Positions 34,100-45,005 of a stretch of DNA of 64,000 nt are shown here, one piece after another (within the stretch, counting starts at the first letter, position 1; every line of letters begins with the position of its first letter). The notes under the pieces were generated by a model. It was not told the origin of the DNA, made no database searches, and saw only the letters and a list, made by a program, of their open reading frames with translations. The stretch comes from an uncultured candidate division Zixibacteria bacterium (lineage in GTDB: Bacteria; Zixibacteria; MSB-5A5; UBA10806). The translations under genes and the position numbers were made by a program. The stretch is from positions 544,001 through 608,000 of the forward strand of contig CAWDFP010000006.1 of NCBI GenBank assembly GCA_963801605.1, given 5' to 3'.

Positions 34100-36122
34100 T
34101 TATGCTACCCGCTCGTCCAGTAGCTCTGTCAATTCCTTTACATTAACAGTATCAATTTTGTCCAGCGCTTTAACGCCATCGGTGAGCATGGTCATGCAGA
34201 ATGGGCAGGCCAGGCCAATGGTCTTGGCGCCGGTGGCCAGCGCTTGTTCGGTGCGTTCGACATTGATATGCTTGCCTCGCGATTCTTCGAGGAACATCCG
34301 TCCTCCGCCTGCGCCGCAGCAGAACGACCAGTCTTTCGATTTTTTCATCTCGATACGCTTGGCTCCGGGCATCGAATCGATAATCTGGCGCGCCGGTTCG
34401 GTAATGCAATTGTGACGGGCCAGGTAGCAGGAGTCGTGGAACGTGATCTCGCCGAGTGGATTGCCGCCGACCTTGAGTTTGCCATCGGAAATAAAACGGG
34501 CCAGAAGCTCGTGGGTATGGTAAACCTCGTAATTGCCCCCAAAATCAGGATATTCATTTTTTAACGTGTTGTAACAATGCGGGCAGTTAGTGAAAATCTT
34601 TTTGACCTGGACCTCATTTAACAGCTCTACCACCGATTGCGCCTGCGTTTGATAAAGATATTCCTCACCCAAACGTCGAGCGGGATCACCTGTGCAGACC
34701 TCATCTTCTCCAAGTATGGCGTACGAAACACCAGCCTTATTCATAAGCCGCACCGTAGCTTGAGAAACCTTGATATTCCTGGCATCAAGCGCCCCGGCAC
34801 AACCCACCCAGAATAGATATTCCGCATCGGGCTTTTCCGAGATATGTTTGACGTCGAGTCCCTGGTACCACTCCGAGCGCTTTTTCTGGCCCAGCCCCCA
34901 GGGATCGCCTGATCTTTCGATGTTTTTAAGGGCCAGGGAACCCTCGCTTGATATTCGCCCCTCATTTAAGACCAGCGATCTTCTGAGTTCCATTAGCATC
35001 GGGACATGCTCAATCAGCAGCGGGCAGGCTCTCATGCAAGCGTAACAGGTTGTGCAATCCCAAATGACATCCTCCGTAATAACATCCTCAATGAAGCGTT
35101 CCGAAAACTCATCGGACTTTTTCTTGAATAGGTATGGCGCCTTCTTTTCGGTATGTTCACGAAGCTCCATAATAATTTTTCGAGGCGAAAGAGGCTTTCC
35201 GGTATTTGTTGCGGGACACTGTTCATGGCAACGCCCGCATTCAGTGCAGGAAAAACCATCAAGAAGCTGTTTCCAGGAGTATTGTTCTGCCCTGGTGACA
35301 CCAAACTCCTCAGCATCCTCAAGTTTGGGAGTAAAAAGTTTACCATTAGGAGTAGTATGCGAAAAAAAGACATTCGGCAACGATGTGAATACGTGCAGAT
35401 GCTTTGAAACCGGCACATAACAAAGAATTCCCAGAAAAAAGAGTAGATGCATCCACCAAAAAATATGCGAATATGCAATATATGTTGCCGAGGCGAGATT
35501 CATTCCGGTAAAGCTTTGCGCCATGATTGAACCTATAAATGATGCGCTCTGATATTTTCCTTGTGCTGCCATGTTGAAACTCTCGGCGAGGAGGCTGAAA
35601 ACCATTAAACCGGCAATGAGAATCAGAATAATTGCCGCCTCCCTGCCGCGGGGCATGCGTTCGCTTCCCGGAAGAAATCGTTTGATAACCGCGATTGCGA
35701 TCCCTATAAGAACCAAAACGCTAAAAAGATCGAGCAAGAATAGAAAAGGCCCGTGCAAGACAGTTCCCAAAATCGGCAAGGCGAAATCCGGCCGAAAAGC
35801 CGTTACCAAAAAAGGATAGTGTCCCAAACGAAATTATTATAAAGCCCCAGAAAATCATAAAATGGGCGCTGCCCATTGTAATCTGATCTAAAAGCCGTCT
35901 TTGTCCGAATACGAATTTGAGGAGTTTCTTAATCCGCGCCCCGGGTCGGTCAATTCGATTCTCGGGTTTAAATGAGAGAAGTAATCGAAGATAAAAGTAA
36001 ACCTCATAAGCAAAGATTGCCAATCCAATAGCCAAAACAAAAACAAAGGCTATCTGCTCCAAGCCCCGTATCGCCATATCAACCGGTTCTGTCACACCAA
36101 GGCCTTTCTCCGAAATCATCAC
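34100..36122 (-). CDS. FadF/HdrD-like membrane-bound Fe-S oxidoreductase with CCG domains (frameshift near 35800)
   Basis: N-terminal TM region with KHLH; CTECGRCHEQCP, CTTCYACMRACP, CPHC, HDSCYL, CCGAGGG, CPFC. Confidence 0.9.
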
Positions 36123-36309
36123 TACAGGCGAAAATCGCCCCGAGGAAATTAATCGAGCTTATCAAATACCTCAATAATCACACAGATATATAATCCCGCT
36201 AATAATGGTTGTCAATCAATCTTGGGGAAGAAAACAGAAGAAGTCGCGGATTTAACGGAGGCCGGTTAGTTATTGCCTAATGGAAAAACAATCCAATCCT
36301 AAATTGTTT

Positions 36310-37083
36310 TTAGCGCGGAGTTTTCATCATCTCTACGAAAGCATCAAAATTCCTCACCAGCAATCGCCCTGAAACAGTAGAGATTAATCCCTTTTTTTGG
36401 AATTTGCTTATCGTACGTATGGTGGTTTCTACCGTTGACCCGACGATATCGGCAATATCGCGCCTTGTTAAGCGGATATTTATCAAGATTCCATCCTTAG
36501 TGTGAGTGCCGTGGTTTTCACAAAGCCTGACAATGACTGACGCAATTCTGCTGTCCACCTTTGACGAAACCAGCGAAATAATGACATCATGAGCATCCAT
36601 GAGCTTAGCCCCAAGGAATTTAATTATGCCTCGGGCAATTTCAGGATATTTAGTAAGCAATTGGTCATAGCTTTCATGAGAGAGTCCGTACGCCACTGTA
36701 GACTCTACAGCCTGAGCACTATTCTGATGAGTATCGGCAAACAGCGCGTTGCCGCCACAAAGCTGGCCAGGCACCATGACCTCTAAAACCATTTCCTTTC
36801 CGGAAGCGGATGTTTTCAAGATGCGGACCCGTCCGGCCTTAATCACATACACTCTATTTGCAGAATCGCCCTCCCAAAACAAATACTGGTTTTTTTCGAA
36901 TCGATACTCTTGAAAATAAGGCTCGATATTCGCAATTTCCGCCGGACCAAATCGTTCGAAAAAGGGAACCCTGGCAATAGCCTCGGTTTTTGATGCCAAT
37001 GGCCGAACCTTGCCGCGAGGGATACTCGCCGGATGACCCATGCCGCCAATTTTAGAAATTCCCGCCGGATGCCCGCCGCTCAT
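36310..37083 (-). CDS. Crp/Fnr family transcriptional regulator (possible N-terminal extension to about 37170)
   Basis: cNMP-binding-fold segment (LFWEGD..VYVIKAGRV) and HTH LTRRDIADIVGSTVETTIR. Confidence 0.92.
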   Translation of the reverse strand: MSGGHPAGISKIGGMGHPASIPRGKVRPLASKTEAIARVPFFERFGPAEIANIEPYFQEYRFEKNQYLFWEGDSANRVYVIKAGRVRILKTSASGKEMVLEVMVPGQLCGGNALFADTHQNSAQAVESTVAYGLSHESYDQLLTKYPEIARGIIKFLGAKLMDAHDVIISLVSSKVDSRIASVIVRLCENHGTHTKDGILINIRLTRRDIADIVGSTVETTIRTISKFQKKGLISTVSGRLLVRNFDAFVEMMKTPR

Positions 37084-37194
37084 GGGATTGCCACTAGGAT
37101 GCCCAGTTACCTTTTTTTCATTTTCGGGATTGCCCGCCCTGTTTTTCGAATCGGATGGTTTTTCTTTCGTAATGTCCTCCTCGTTGACTCAAAC

Positions 37195-37222
37195 ATCATA
37201 CCATTCCGACTATTATTGTCAA
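37195..37222 (-). promoter_or_regulatory. sigma70-like promoter of the Crp/Fnr gene
   Basis: TTGACA-16 nt-TATGAT with an extended -10 TG, followed by an AGGAGG RBS. Confidence 0.6.
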
Positions 37223-37278
37223 GATTAAAGATTTATACGCTTCGACCTGATGAATAGAGCGTTATCCGATACCGGTGT

Positions 37279-37446
37279 CGCCCGGGTTCCGCTCGTCCAA
37301 TTGGACGCGGAAATCCAGCGAGCAATAACCGTATTCCAGGATAGTGTTCCGATTGGGCAAAGGCCCCATACCAATAAAGTGCCACTGTTCGGATTTCCTG
37401 CTTTTGTCCCGATTTTATCGGGACAAAAGGCGGAACCCGGGCGGAT
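37279..37446 (-). ncRNA. Putative structured non-coding RNA (four-way junction), family unknown
   Basis: Perfect 14-bp closing stem, 13-bp hairpin, 8-bp stem extended by G-U pairs, 5-bp hairpin; promoter directly upstream. Confidence 0.6.
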
Positions 37447-37451
37447 TTGCC

Positions 37452-37480
37452 AGGATAAGGTATGGAAATTGAGTTGTCAA
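37452..37480 (-). promoter_or_regulatory. sigma70-like promoter of the putative ncRNA
   Basis: TTGACA (37475-37480)-17 nt-TATCCT (37452-37457); predicted +1 near 37446. Confidence 0.6.
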
Positions 37481-37764
37481 CTTTGGTGATTGCATTATTC
37501 TCGGACGCAATCGACTGCAAGCCCAAAAAATCTATTTCAATCTAAATGCAATTATTATATTATAACCCCATGATGTTAGGAACCGAGGCCCGCCACGCCG
37601 GGCATTCGCGAAGGATAATAATTGCCTCAAAACTTTTTACATTTTCCTCCTTTGAGCATTCAGAACAAAATCATAAATACGCGCAGCTACACAATGTTGA
37701 TAAATTTAGAATTTTATAGAAAATAATAGATGGTGATAGGGAGACTTTAATTTAAGGAGCGTTT

Positions 37765-38980
37765 ATGACGAAAAAACTCTTTGTTTTGTTGCTGTTCGTC
37801 CTATTCGGGCTGGCGGCGGCCCAGGAGGCGGTACAAGACACTACGGGTCCACCGGCCCCGGCGCCTCCGACCAATGTCCGGGTAGTTGACAAGCCCAATG
37901 ACGGCGGCCATGGCCTGATCGTTAAATGGGATCTATCAAAAGATGATGTAAATGGGCTTCAAAATGTGGTCTCGTATGATGTGCTACGGTCAAGTTCGCC
38001 GGCTGGCGAGTTTGTAAGCCGGGGAACTATACCCAAGGGACTGGCTCAGTTTGAGGATATGGATGCGACTGAACCTTCAGCAGATAACCCCAACCCCAAT
38101 TTCATGCGAATTAATAGTACCTGGTACTACAAAGTAGTCGCCATTTCCGACCAGCACGTTAATTCTGCTCGCCACCGAGGTTGTGTCTGGAACAACCAAG
38201 GCCAATTTGATTCATATGCAGAAAATTCCGATCCTGATTGCCTCATTTCTTCTAACCGGTCTTCTCTGGGTTTTCATCGCTTCGGCGCGCAAAGGAAAGA
38301 AGCTTTATGTAAGGCCCCTGGCCGGTATCAACGCCGTCGATGATGCCATTGGACGCGCCACCGAAATGGGCAAACCAATCCTCTATATCCTGGGCTTGGG
38401 CACAGCGGGCGATATCGCCACTATCGCAGGTTTTACGATCCTCTCGCGCGTTGCCAGAAGGACCGCCGAATACCAGACCAAAGTCATCGTGCCGGTACAG
38501 GACCCAGTGGTGCTGGCTATCGCACAGGAAACGGTGCGCACCGCCTACCTGGAGGCGGGACGTCCCGACCAGTACAATCCCGATAATATTTTCTTTTTAA
38601 CCTCAATGCAGTTCCCTTACGTGGCCGCAGTCAACGGCATCATGCTCCGCGAGCGGCCGGCGACAAACTTCTACATGGGAACTTTCTACGCCGAATCGCT
38701 GATTCTGGCCGAAACCGGCAATATCGCCGGCTCAATCCAGATCGCCGGCACCGATCAGATTGCCCAGCTACCGTTTTTCGTGGCCGCTACCGATTATACT
38801 CTGATCGGTGAAGAGCTTTACGCGGCCTCGGCGTATCTATCGCAGGAGCCGGTCCAGCTGGGCTCTCTCAAAGCGCAGGACTACACCAAGGCAATTCTTA
38901 TGGTCGTAATCATCCTGGGGGCTATTGCGATCACATTAGGCTGGCCGTTTATTAGAAATCTCGTAACGATTAACCTGTAA
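37765..38980 (+). CDS. Signal peptide + FN3-like domain + TM + DUF6754-like domain protein (frameshift near 38170)
   Basis: PAPPTNVRVVDKPNDGG..IVKW; RPLAGINAVDDAIGRATEMGKP, FYAESLILAETG, QLPFFVAATDYTLIGEELYAASAYLS; AAGGAG RBS. Family name is from recall. Confidence 0.75.
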
Positions 38981-38993
38981 CCCGGAGAAAACA

Positions 38994-39616
38994 ATGAAAA
39001 GAGAAATTCCAATTTTGATCGTCGGGATTACAGGCGTAATTATGTTTTTCCAGTATTTTGTCCCGACAGATTGGTCAATGCAACTATTGGGCACCTCCCA
39101 AGACTGGGTCATCGTGATTGGAATTTTGGCCCTACCCCTGGGAATCTGGAGCCTGATCAAGGCCAATGTCATGAAGCTCAAGGTTAAAGGAGAACGCTTT
39201 TACGCGGCTGTTCTCCTTGCTGGATTTTTGGTGATGCTGATATTTGGCCTTCCCCACCGTTCCAGCCTGGAACAGGGCAGTACCTTCATGACCTTGTTTA
39301 CACACCATTCTTATTCCTATTCAGGCAACGATCTTTTCCCTTTTGGCCTTTTTTGTGGCCACGGCCGCCTACCGGGCCTTTCAGGGCCAGATCGGTATTG
39401 GCCACAATTCTTTGCTTACGGCATTCCTGGTGATGTTCCGCTGGTTACCATTGGGCTTTATCAGCACCGTGGACAATGGCATCGTAGCCTGGATACTCTC
39501 GGTGCCCAATATGGCCGCCAATCGCGCCATCACTATGGGTATTGGCCTGGGTGGCGACAGCCACCGCTATTAAGATTATTTTGGGTATTGAACGAACCTA
39601 TATGGGTCATGATTGA
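38994..39616 (+). CDS. Conserved hypothetical polytopic membrane protein (frameshifts)
   Basis: MKREIPILIV...; PIQATIFSLLAFFVATAAYRAF; WILSVPNMAANRAITMGIGLG; KIILGIERTY. Confidence 0.72.
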
Positions 39617-39628
39617 GAGGTGAATGCA

Positions 39629-40473
39629 ATGACGTTCTTAGAAAAATTGATGCAAGTCGATCGTCGTTGGATCTACCTCGCGATCGGAGTGGCGGTAATT
39701 ATCCCCGCCATCAAAGGTTTCAATGTCCCGGTTTCGGTCTTCTCCAGAGGTTAAAAAAGTCTACGACTTCGTCGAGGGTATTACAGGCAGGTGAATATCT
39801 TTTCGTGGCCATGGATTACGATCCCACCTCGCTGGCGGAGTTAAATCCCATGGCGGAGGCTATCTTAAAGCATGCTTTCTCACGCAACGAGAAAGTGGTT
39901 ATCGTTACTCTGGCGCAGTTTGGACCAGGTATGGTCGAGGAGATAACAGCCCGGCTGGCCAAGGAGTACAACAAGGTCCGAGGCGTTGATTACGTCTTCC
40001 TCGGCTACCGGCCTTATCCGGCAATCACTATTCTGGCCATGGGTGTCGATTTCCGGAGTTCCTTTCCCGGTAGACTACTATGGAACGCCGCTTGATTCTC
40101 TGCCGTTAATGAAAGGGATCAAGAACTTCTACAATGTCAAGGGCGTAATTGACTTAACCGCCGGTAATACCGCCGACATGTGGTTAGTCGATGGCAATGG
40201 ACGTTATGGCTTCCCGCTGGCGATCGGAATCACGGGAGTCATGGCCGCCGACTACTATCAGTATCTGCAAAGCGGCCAGCTTTTCGGCATCATCCCCGGA
40301 ATCAAGGGAGCTGCCGAATATGAAAGCCTGATTAAAAAGCCGGGCGACGGGAATGGACACAGGCCGCCTATCAGGTGGTGGCCCACACGGTGATCATTTT
40401 GTTTATCATTTTATCTAACGTAGCCTATTTTGCCACCCGCAAGGGCAGGGCAAGAAGCGGAGGTGCCAGATGA
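39629..40473 (+). CDS. Conserved hypothetical membrane-anchored protein (frameshifts)
   Basis: MTFLEKLMQVDRRWIYL; DYDPTSLAELNPMA; GVDYVFLGY; GQLFGIIPGIKGAAEYE; C-terminal TM. Confidence 0.72.
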
Positions 40474-41100
40474 CAGCATCCCAATTAATACTAAACGGCA
40501 TAGCGGTATTTCTGACCCTCTGCATTTTCTCATTCCTTTACAAGGATAACCCGTTCTACAAGTTTGCCGAACGGCTTGTAGCGGGAGTGGCCACCGGTTA
40601 CTGGACAGTGCTTCTGTTCCACACGAATTTCACCGATAAGGTGATTACTCCCATTTTCATTAATGGCCAGTTTATCTACATCATTCCGGCTCTTCTGGGA
40701 ATCGCGATGTGGACCAGGTTTTCGAAAAACTACTCCTGGATTTCGCGCTATTCGATCGCCTTCTATATCGGTATCTCTTCAGGGGTCAGGCATACCACTC
40801 ATCTTCTACGCAGCGTATTTTCAAGCAGCTCCAGGCCACGATCAGCACACCGCTTTCTTTCAGTTGGGCCGGCATTAAATGCCTTCCTTATCATTGTGGC
40901 AGTACTCTCGGCTCTGGTTTACTTCTTCTTTCTCCGCGGCTCATAAGGGCACGATGGGCACCATATCCAGAATCGGAATTTATGTTGTTATGATCGGCTT
41001 TGGAGCAGGATTCGGGTTGACAGTTATGGGCCGCGTAGCCCTTTTGGTTCAGAGAATTATCTTCCTCAAAGGGTATGCGATTGCACTCTTTGGCGGTTGA
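40470..41100 (+). CDS. Conserved hypothetical polytopic membrane protein (frameshifts)
   Basis: LTLCIFSFLYKDNPFYKFAE; GIYVVMIGFGAGFGLTVMGR; ATGA overlap with the previous gene. Confidence 0.72.
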
Positions 41101-41124
41101 CAACTAATATCTGGTAATAACTTT

Positions 41125-41159
41125 GGGCATCCTCGGCTTAAACCGGGGATGCCCTTTTT
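41125..41159 (+). terminator. Intrinsic terminator of the four-gene membrane operon
   Basis: GGGCATCCTCGG-CTTAAA-CCGGGGATGCCC-TTTTT. Confidence 0.8.
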
Positions 41160-41274
41160 CATTCCAGCGTGATTTCTAATTAAAAGCCAAAAATTTTCCT
41201 TGTTAATAGTGGCCCATGAAGCATATTTAGAGTGACCTGAAGAAGTTGAGGGACTTTGAGGCCAGGAGAAGCAA

Positions 41275-41835
41275 ATGGAAAATATCAGAACCTTTATTGC
41301 TGTTGAAATCCCCCAGGAGATCAAAATGGAACTCGACAGGGTGATTTCCGAGCTTCGGCCGCTCGCTCCGGAAATCCGCTGGGTGAGAGCCGCCAACCTT
41401 CATTTAACGCTCCGATTCTTAGGCGATATTCCCAAAAATTCAATCAGCATTCTGGCGACTGAACTGGCCAAAAATATTGCGGGATTCGGCCATTTCCAGA
41501 TATCTCTTTCCGGCCTCGGGGGATTTCCTAATCTCAAGAGGGCTCGCGTTATATGGATCGGCGGCGGAAACGGCTGCGATCGTTTCAAGGAGCTCGCACC
41601 ATTGGTGGAGAAATCCAGCATCGATCTGGGGTTCGGTAAAGCCGACAAACCTTTTTCCTGCCACTTGACTATTGGGCGAGTCAAATTCCCCAAGGGTCAT
41701 GAGAAGCTCGTCTCGCAAATTGAAACGATGAATTTCTCAACGCCTCTTTTTGAGGTAAGCGAAGTTGCCATATTTAAATCGGAACTTCTGCCGGCAGGAC
41801 CCAGGTATACTCGTCTGGAAACGGTGCATCTATAA
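41275..41835 (+). CDS. thpR: RNA 2',3'-cyclic phosphodiesterase (2H family)
   Basis: RTFIAV, HLTLRFLG, HLTIGR. Confidence 0.92.
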   Translation: MENIRTFIAVEIPQEIKMELDRVISELRPLAPEIRWVRAANLHLTLRFLGDIPKNSISILATELAKNIAGFGHFQISLSGLGGFPNLKRARVIWIGGGNGCDRFKELAPLVEKSSIDLGFGKADKPFSCHLTIGRVKFPKGHEKLVSQIETMNFSTPLFEVSEVAIFKSELLPAGPRYTRLETVHL

Positions 41836-41880
41836 ACGCATCGTAAATTAGCGCAGCTATTTTTATATTTCTGATGATTT

Positions 41881-42156
41881 ATGCTTGAAAAGTTAAAATC
41901 GTTTGGCGTTAATATCAAGCGCGAGATAGATTATTATCGTCATTTACTAAAAGACAGGAGAACGCCAAAGGCGGCCCGGCTACTTCTCTGGTTAGCCCTT
42001 GGGTATCTACTAATGCCCATTGATTTAATCCCGGATTTTATCCCTGTTTTAGGCCATGTCGATGATCTCATCATTATCCCAATACTGATGATTTTGGCCC
42101 TGAAAATGATACCTGAAGAGGTAAAGACAGATTGCCGTGAAGCCGTAACACATTGA
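41881..42156 (+). CDS. DUF1232/YkvA family protein
   Basis: YLLMPIDLIPDFIPVLGHVDD. Confidence 0.9.
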   Translation: MLEKLKSFGVNIKREIDYYRHLLKDRRTPKAARLLLWLALGYLLMPIDLIPDFIPVLGHVDDLIIIPILMILALKMIPEEVKTDCREAVTH

Positions 42157-42259
42157 GAGGTAAGGCAATAGGCCTAATTGTGGCTGGCATCCAACAGTAA
42201 TTTAGGTTGTCCGCGGTTATTATTTATCGAGGGAATGTCAACCAACAATTAAAAACCCC

Positions 42260-42288
42260 TTGCACATTTGAACAGTATATAGTAGAAT
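42260..42288 (+). promoter_or_regulatory. sigma70-like promoter of recA
   Basis: TTGCAC-17 nt-TAGAAT. Confidence 0.55.
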
Positions 42289-42331
42289 TAATTAGAATAA
42301 TTTAATTTTAATTTGATAAAAGAGGATAAAA

Positions 42332-43405
42332 ATGGCTGACAATCTACAGCAAAAGAAAAAAGCTCTTGAAACCGCAGTCTCTTCAATCGAGCGGCAATTC
42401 GGTAAGGGAGCAATTATGCGGTTGGGAGACGGTGAACCGGCAGCCCGAATTCCATCGATTCCCACCGGCTCCATTGGCCTTGATATTGCGCTGGGTATTG
42501 GCGGTGTTCCCAGAGGACGTGTCGTCGAAATATTTGGACCGGAATCGTCGGGTAAAACAACTTTAGCCCTTCATATTCTGGCCGAGGCCCAAAAACTCGG
42601 CGGCGTTGGCGCGTTCATCGATGCCGAACATGCCATGGACCCCAATTACGCCAAGGCATTGGGGGTCGACACCGATAATCTGCTGGTAAGTCAGCCCGAC
42701 ACCGGAGAGCAGGCCCTTGATATTACCGAAACCCTGGTTCGTTCAGGCGCCATTGACATTATCGTTATCGATAGCGTAGCTGCCCTTACTCCCAAAGCCG
42801 AAATCGAAGGCGAGATGGGTGAAGCCCACATGGGCCTTCAGGCGCGTCTCATGTCTCAGGCTCTGAGAAAACTCACCGGCACGATTTCCAAATCAAAAAC
42901 CTGTGTGATTTTCATTAATCAGATAAGGATGAAAATTGGCGTGATGTTTGGAAATCCCGAAACAACCTCAGGTGGAAATGCCCTGAAGTTTTATGCTTCT
43001 ATCAGAATGGATATTAGAAAAATAGCATCACTCAAGGAAGGGGCCGATATAACTGGTTCGCGCACCCGCGTCAGGGTGGTTAAAAACAAGGTTGCGCCGC
43101 CGTTCCGTGAGGCAGAGTTTGATATCATATACGGCAAAGGCATCTCCCGCGAAGGCGAAATCGTCGATCTTGGAGCACAGCACGGTATTCTTGAAAAATC
43201 AGGCACCTGGTATTCCTTCGGCGAAGAGCGTCTTGGCCAGGGACGCGATAATTCCAAGGCATACATGATGGAAAATCCTCGTATCCTGAAGGCAATTGAA
43301 GAGCAGATCCGTCAGAAATTGGGAATCGATAATACGCCTAAGGTTGAGGAAGTTGCGCCAGTTGAAGAGGAGACCCCAAAGCATAAAGAGAAAGCGAAGA
43401 AGTAA
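42332..43405 (+). CDS. recA: Recombinase RecA
   Basis: [41 protein letters not shown]. Confidence 0.99.
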   Translation: MADNLQQKKKALETAVSSIERQFGKGAIMRLGDGEPAARIPSIPTGSIGLDIALGIGGVPRGRVVEIFGPESSGKTTLALHILAEAQKLGGVGAFIDAEHAMDPNYAKALGVDTDNLLVSQPDTGEQALDITETLVRSGAIDIIVIDSVAALTPKAEIEGEMGEAHMGLQARLMSQALRKLTGTISKSKTCVIFINQIRMKIGVMFGNPETTSGGNALKFYASIRMDIRKIASLKEGADITGSRTRVRVVKNKVAPPFREAEFDIIYGKGISREGEIVDLGAQHGILEKSGTWYSFGEERLGQGRDNSKAYMMENPRILKAIEEQIRQKLGIDNTPKVEEVAPVEEETPKHKEKAKK

Positions 43406-43419
43406 CGCCTGGTTTCGAG

Positions 43420-44070
43420 GTGAATAGCTACGTTATATTAAGCCTTGAGGCGACAAAGCCCAAAGGGTGGTTTGAACTTTCAGTCGAAGGCAAGCCACCT
43501 TTTCTCGTTGATAGCGAATCCGTTTTTCGGCATTCGCTGAAAGCTGGAGATGAACTCTCTGAGGAAAAGGTTCGAAAAGTACAAACCGAGGCCGATCTCG
43601 CCTGGCTTAAATCTAAAGCGATGGCAATCCTATCGCGTCGGATGATCTCAGAACGTGATCTTCGCCGTAAACTTACTGAGGAGGGCAGGCCAACGGCCGC
43701 GCGAGACGATGTTATCTTTCAGCTAAAGCGCTACGGATTTATTGATGATGCCAAATTCGCCGCCAGTTTCATAAGGACGCAATTAACTCATGGCCCAAAA
43801 TCGAAACTTTATCTAAAAAACAAGCTCCGCGAAAAAGGGATTAACGACGAAATCTCTAATCAGGCCATCGAGGCCGAATTCGGAAGTATAGATGAGGTCG
43901 CCGCTGTCAAGAAGATGGCAGAAAAAAAATATAAAACGGTCAGGACTTTACCGCCTCAGAAGGCCAGGCTTCGCGTCATAAATTTTCTTCGCAGCCGCGG
44001 TTTTTCCTGGGAGATAATCAGAAAAGCCATCGCCGATATTATCCCCGATCACAACGAATCAACGGATTAA
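43420..44070 (+). CDS. recX: Regulatory protein RecX
   Basis: Directly after recA; LSRR..SE, IDDAKFA, LREKGI, FLRSRGF. Confidence 0.88.
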   Translation: MNSYVILSLEATKPKGWFELSVEGKPPFLVDSESVFRHSLKAGDELSEEKVRKVQTEADLAWLKSKAMAILSRRMISERDLRRKLTEEGRPTAARDDVIFQLKRYGFIDDAKFAASFIRTQLTHGPKSKLYLKNKLREKGINDEISNQAIEAEFGSIDEVAAVKKMAEKKYKTVRTLPPQKARLRVINFLRSRGFSWEIIRKAIADIIPDHNESTD

Positions 44071-44075
44071 TAATA

Positions 44076-44888
44076 ATGCCATTTTTCGATGCCGGCGATG
44101 CCGCCATTTATTATGAAATAGAGGGCCGGGGGGAAAGCCCTCTGATTCTTTTACATGGCTATGCCCTAAACGGTTTGATGTGGGAATTCCAAAGGCAGAC
44201 TTTTTCCCAAAATCATAAACTTATAACAGTCGATTTGCGCGGATTCGGTAAATCATCCTGTGGCCAAAACTGGTCTGGTGCAAAGATGGCCGAGGATGTT
44301 CAAGGGATTATAAAGTCTCTGGGTATTGCCGATGTGACTTTGCTTGGCTTTTCAATGAGCGGGCCGGTAGCGGTACGGCTGGCAATCCAAATACCTGAGA
44401 TCGTCACGCGTCTGATATTGGTTTCGTCAATCCTGCCATCAGCGGGTCATCCGAAATCCGCGGGGGAAACCAGGCTTCAGGAACGAGAACTGGCTGCGCT
44501 CGAAAACGGAGACGTGCCGGCTTGGGCCGATACAATCGGATTCTCTACCGGGCCATTGGTTGAGGGAATGTTTGAGAAGAACCCTGCAATTACTCCGCTT
44601 TGGGAGAGGATTATTGCGCGCCATCACCGCGATTATCTATTGTGCATGCTTCACGGCAGGCTAACAACAGTATCAAATATCGACTGGCGATCGCGATTGA
44701 TCGAAGTGCGCCAAAAGACGCTAGTCATTGCGGGCTCAAGCGATCATAAATTTATCGATGCCTCGCGCCATCTCGCAAGTGCAATTCCCGATGCGAAACT
44801 TGAAATCATCGAAGGCGCGGGACATATGGTAAATTTGGAGGCCCCCGAGGAATTTAATAAAGCGATAATTGAATTTATGGCTAAGTAA
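44076..44888 (+). CDS. Alpha/beta fold hydrolase
   Basis: LLHG, DLRGFGKS, GFSMSG nucleophile elbow, GAGHMVN. Confidence 0.9.
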   Translation: MPFFDAGDAAIYYEIEGRGESPLILLHGYALNGLMWEFQRQTFSQNHKLITVDLRGFGKSSCGQNWSGAKMAEDVQGIIKSLGIADVTLLGFSMSGPVAVRLAIQIPEIVTRLILVSSILPSAGHPKSAGETRLQERELAALENGDVPAWADTIGFSTGPLVEGMFEKNPAITPLWERIIARHHRDYLLCMLHGRLTTVSNIDWRSRLIEVRQKTLVIAGSSDHKFIDASRHLASAIPDAKLEIIEGAGHMVNLEAPEEFNKAIIEFMAK

Positions 44889-44941
44889 ATGGCAAATAGT
44901 ACGATTAAAGATTATTAAAAGTATTCTATTTTAAAACACAT

Positions 44942-44968
44942 AAGGCCGGTTGACTATTCACCGGCCTT
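44942..44968. terminator. Hairpin between convergent genes (probable terminator)
   Basis: AAGGCCGGT/ACCGGCCTT stem. Confidence 0.55.
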
Positions 44969-45005
44969 GTTGTGTTGTGGCGTACTGGTAAGTAATTATC
45001 GATAG

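Noticed and set aside
37279..37446. RNase P, 6S, SRP or retron msr-msd identity for the structured element
   Set aside because: CAGGAAAUCCGAAC resembles the RNase P GAGGAAAGUCC motif, but the element is too short and that segment pairs locally. It has no SRP GGAA-loop motif or 6S-like open bubble, and there is no reverse transcriptase nearby
37233..37526. Short ORFs 37233..37526 (-) and 37250..37489 (+)
   Set aside because: No recognisable motif or RBS; they overlap the structured element and its promoter
42241..42331. LexA box upstream of recA
   Set aside because: No match to CTGT-N8-ACAG or GAAC-N4-GTTC seen
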